Of a stretch of 64,000 nucleotides of DNA, positions 60,551 through 64,000 are shown piece by piece. Position 1 is the first letter of the stretch. Each line of letters opens with the position of its first letter. The notes beneath the pieces were generated by a model. That model saw nothing but the letters and a program-made list of their open reading frames with translations. It made no database searches and was not told the origin of the DNA. The DNA is taken from assembly GCF_964194155.1 (NCBI RefSeq), contig NC_135899.1, positions 62,000,001 to 62,064,000 of the forward strand. Reading direction: 5' to 3'. Origin of the DNA: Cetorhinus maximus (lineage: Eukaryota). A program made the position numbers and the translations under genes.

Positions 60551-62123
60551 GATGGCCCAGGATATTGGACATTGACCTGCATGATTTGTTGCCCCTGGTC
60601 GTACACCAGATGGATGTTGAGGGTTTGGCATCAGTTTCCATTCAGGTATAGCACAGAGTTGACATGCAATGAATACCCACAGTGATGTTTATGGAATCAT
60701 TGGCACCTAGCACTATGAGGAAGCCTGCAATCTTATCAAAGCTGTGTACGCACTCTGCCTTCTCCTCTGTGGCAAGAGAGAATAAAATGTAGTCAGCTTT
60801 TCTTGAGTAGAGAGCCTTACTGATCTCCCATACACAACAGTGGTTGGCACTAGTGAGATAGTGCAAATATCTTCCAGCTCCAGCATGGAAGGAGCCAGAC
60901 ATAAATAAGATCCTTGCCATGGCAATGTGATCCTTAACCTACTCTGAGGTTGCAGTTATAACTGCAATAGGTGACAGATTTTAGTGGACATCCTTACCGA
61001 AGCAGAGATGTTTCTCACATTGTTTCTCGCTGACATTCAGGTTGGAAAAATGCCCCCTGAACACCCTGGGTGGATTTGATCTTCTGACAGCCTTCTCCTC
61101 CTCCCTCTTCCAGTGGCTTGTCCTGCTCTGCATGACCTCTGTTCATTCTCACAGTCACACTGTATTCCAACAGGGATGCCTACCATGTCGGCGTGTCTGG
61201 AAATAATTGCTTTGTGCAGAAACCTTGGAATCAGCAAAAACGCATTCAGCTCCTGCCACACCTGTAGACTTTCCCAACTTTAAACAGCTGTAAACAGCAC
61301 CAAACACTTGTAGACTCAAAGCAGCAGCCAGAAAATGTCAGTGAGTTACTAACCTGTACGTTTTGGTGATTCCTTTAAATAGCACAGATGGGGGATCCAT
61401 CCTGCTGCTGAACATGTGTTCAGGTTAGGAGAGGACGTTGGTTAGAGTGTTAATACCTAAAATGGCATCGCTGGCATAAAGATCATCAATTCACACTATT
61501 GACAGCATGACCTGCCTGCTCTGCAAACTCCTGGTGGCCGTTCACTCCACCTGCACTGATGCCCTCACCAATATGGCATCAATCATGATTTACCCCAAAA
61601 GTGTGGGTACACAATGGATGCCAATTTGGAGCTCAAAGGGCACTGGTGCCCCGAAAAAGGGTGTAAACTATCACAATTTCTTACCCTTAATGTCCAAAGA
61701 TCTAATCCTTTTTACCTTCTAAATGAACTGCCAACAGATTAAGATTTTTCCATCCCTCTGCATATTCTATTTCAAAAATGCTCAGAGTGGTGCTTTTTCA
61801 GCATCCCTTCTGCGTTATTTTAAGCTCAGAATAACATTTCTATTTTTGCTGGTGTGAACAGACAGGCATTTCAATTTGTGATAATGCTGTTCACAGATAA
61901 AGAAGGAAATGGACTTTAATGGTCACCCTTACTGAGTCATAAAAGCTGTCAGATTCACACCAGAGTAACGTAACCATGATTTTGTTTTTTCCTGAATGAA
62001 GATCTATTTTCTTCCTTCTCAAATTATAATTTAGCTCTCTTTAACCCACTAAAAAACTCAGTCATCAGATTATGCTGTAAACTAACCAAATTAAACTGTG
62101 TTAAGTAATAGGAATTGAATCAC

Positions 62124-62834
62124 GGGCAGAATTTTACAGACCCCCCCACTTTGTAGACAGAGGAGGGCCCATAAAATTCTCTGGCAGGCCTCCCTCTGCC
62201 CTCCTACCCGCCCCGAGCTGTCCACAATATTATGGGAGCAGGCAAGGCCTAGGAAGGCCCACCCGCCTTTGCCCCAAATGAAGCCCTTGAATGGCCAATT
62301 ATTAGCCACTTAAGGGCCGCTCCCTGCCTAGCCTCAATCTTGAGGCCGACAAGAAGAGTTTGGGGTGGGGTCAGGGAAGCCTGGCACGTCATCCTCTTCA
62401 GGCTTTGGGTGGAAAGGCAGTGTGGGGGGGGGGGGTGGGGTGTTGCGGGCACCTTCCTCAAGGGCCTCCTTTCTACATTGGGCACTCACCCCCGCTCCCC
62501 CACCAAGGCCTGTTCCCCGCGGATGTTCCCTCCCCACCGCCCCCAGCCTATCAACAAAGACTCCCAACTCTCTCTCCACGTCCCACACCAGGCCTCACGC
62601 CCTCCCTGCTGTGAGATCCCCTCCCCCCTCCCTCTCCCACCCCCTCCAGCACTTACCTGGTCCTGGATGCTGAGATTTAGAATCTATGGACTGCCTGTAG
62701 CCCTGGGCCTAACCACTGGTGCTGCTGGGACGTCAGCAATGCCAACCAATCAGATTGAAGCATTAAAAGGCTCTGGGCCTACTGTGATCTCTTTGGGTGG
62801 TGGGGTGAGAAACACCGGCACCTAAAAAGTCCTG
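62124..62834. mobile_element. Harbinger-type MITE
   Basis: Starts with GGGCAGAATTTTACA, is colinear with 25427-26199, and its right end is hit by the next MITE. Confidence 0.7.
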
Positions 62835-63507
62835 GGGGTGAATTTTCTCCTCATCGGGGGGTTGGACGGGAGTGGGCGCAGGCGGGCGCGCAGCCATTTT
62901 ACGTGGGTGGGCCAATTAAGGCCCGCCCAGCGTGACGCGCACCTGGAAGCACTGAGCGCTCCCTGTGTGGGCGGGGGGAGTAGGCTGAGTTGGGGTCTGC
63001 GCTCTTTCGCGTGCATGCATGCAGAAGAGCACAGAAATCTCCTTGAGACATAGAGCTGCCTCAGGGAGATCAGTTTGAGTTTAAAAAATTTTAATAGAGA
63101 AAAAGAAAAAAAATTAGGACATGTCCCCACATGTGAAAGTGTCACATGAGCTGGGACTTGCCTATGAATTTTAATGAAAATCTTGATTTCACTTATAAAT
63201 CATTCATGAAACCTCACCCTGTCCGTGGTTTCGTGAAAAATGTGAAGGCTGCCTGGGCTCTTTGCCTGCCCGCCAATCTTAAGGTTGGACAGGCAGCTAT
63301 GTTTAAGTGATTTAATTAGTTTTTAAATGGCCTTAATAGGCCTTTGACAGTTTGGCGGGTGTGCAGCCGACTCTGGTGCCCTCCCGCCGAACTGAAAATT
63401 GGAATGAAGTGCGATGACGTCGGGATGCACGCCTGATGTCACCGCGCGTCATTTTACATGTCAGCGAGCAGGCCCTGCCCCCGCTTGCCGAGCTGAAGAT
63501 TCTGGCC
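62835..63507. mobile_element. Harbinger-type MITE, CpG-rich
   Basis: TIRs GGGGTGAATTTTC and GAAGATTCTGGCC with a 3-bp TSD CTG (62832-62834, 63508-63510). Confidence 0.82.
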
Positions 63508-63909
63508 CTGGTGTTTTGTTATTGATTGTTATGAACTGAATATTTGAAAAATACTTTGTCATTAAGATGCATTCTGACACTTGTTTGAAGGTAAATCTGT
63601 ATGTTTGGGTTTTTGCCTCACTTTTGTAAACTGTCTTCTCCCAGGTCACTTTCTGGCTGAAAGAAGTGGAAAGGAGCCCTTTTCTCTGCCACTCTCAATG
63701 TTTCTTTCTGCAAAGGAGGTGGATAAGTGCTGCCTGATTGTTTTTCTTCCTGGCACTCTATGAAAGTAATTTGAGTGGTCAGTTTTTGTGTCAGTGAGCA
63801 TTTCAATCCAGTTGAATAATGATTAACACGAGTGATTTATTATCACAGAAATTATCCCTGAAACCATAATATTCAATGCTTCCTGGGATTTTTAATGCAT
63901 AAATACAAT

Positions 63910-64000
63910 GGCCTGGATTTTACTCTAATAATAACAGTGAGACTATCAGCCACTTTACTGGGTAACTCTCACAGCATTTTCTGCCATCCACACACGTGCA
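63910..64000. mobile_element. Probable start of another Harbinger-type element, cut by the window edge
   Basis: Terminal motif GGCCTGGATTTTAC only. Confidence 0.35.

Larger units (their letters stand above)
54600..61686 (-). mobile_element. Decayed Harbinger transposon 3 (host of an L2-like tail and Harbinger 2)
   Basis: Minus-strand HARBI1-like ORF at 60642-60920 (SGSFHAGAG...ISKALYSRKADYILF...FDKIAGFLIVLGAND). Plus-strand tail at ~54730 (AGPPRPRVARGYPP) resembles the Harbinger 2 Myb tail (PGPSRPRATRGRPP). Terminus ACAATTTCTTACCC. Confidence 0.7.

Noticed and set aside
1-64000. Prokaryotic-style systems (CRISPR array, operon, defence island)
   Set aside because: No regularly spaced repeat-spacer array and no long intact ORFs. 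Content is vertebrate TE relics.

Overview
This is eukaryotic, repeat-dominated DNA with no recognisable intact host protein-coding gene. It is probably intergenic or a long intron. The repeat set points to a cartilaginous fish (inference): CR1 LINEs, Deu-domain SINEs, Penelope-like GIY-YIG fragments, Gypsy and many Harbinger elements. Main contents: (1) a full-length decayed Gypsy LTR element at 11761-18070, with ATGCC target-site duplication (TSD) and a tRNA-Leu-like PBS, carrying nested insertions and two self-templated duplications; (2) three Harbinger/PIF elements, one structurally complete at 55252-60455 with a TTG TSD and convergent transposase and 3-exon Myb genes; (3) many Harbinger-type MITEs, a hAT element and two Tc1/mariner-type elements; (4) CR1, RTE and L2-group LINE relics; (5) a 131-N assembly gap. 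The most interesting signals are two families of Penelope-derived minimal hammerhead ribozyme motifs, including a 222-bp TSD-flanked fold-back mini-element with the ribozyme at the hairpin apex, a MITE hairpin present in two flipped orientations, and a recent microhomology-flanked templated insertion in the dead Gypsy element. All family names come from recalled sequence and motif similarity, not from database searches. Most supplied ORFs are TE fragments or spurious.
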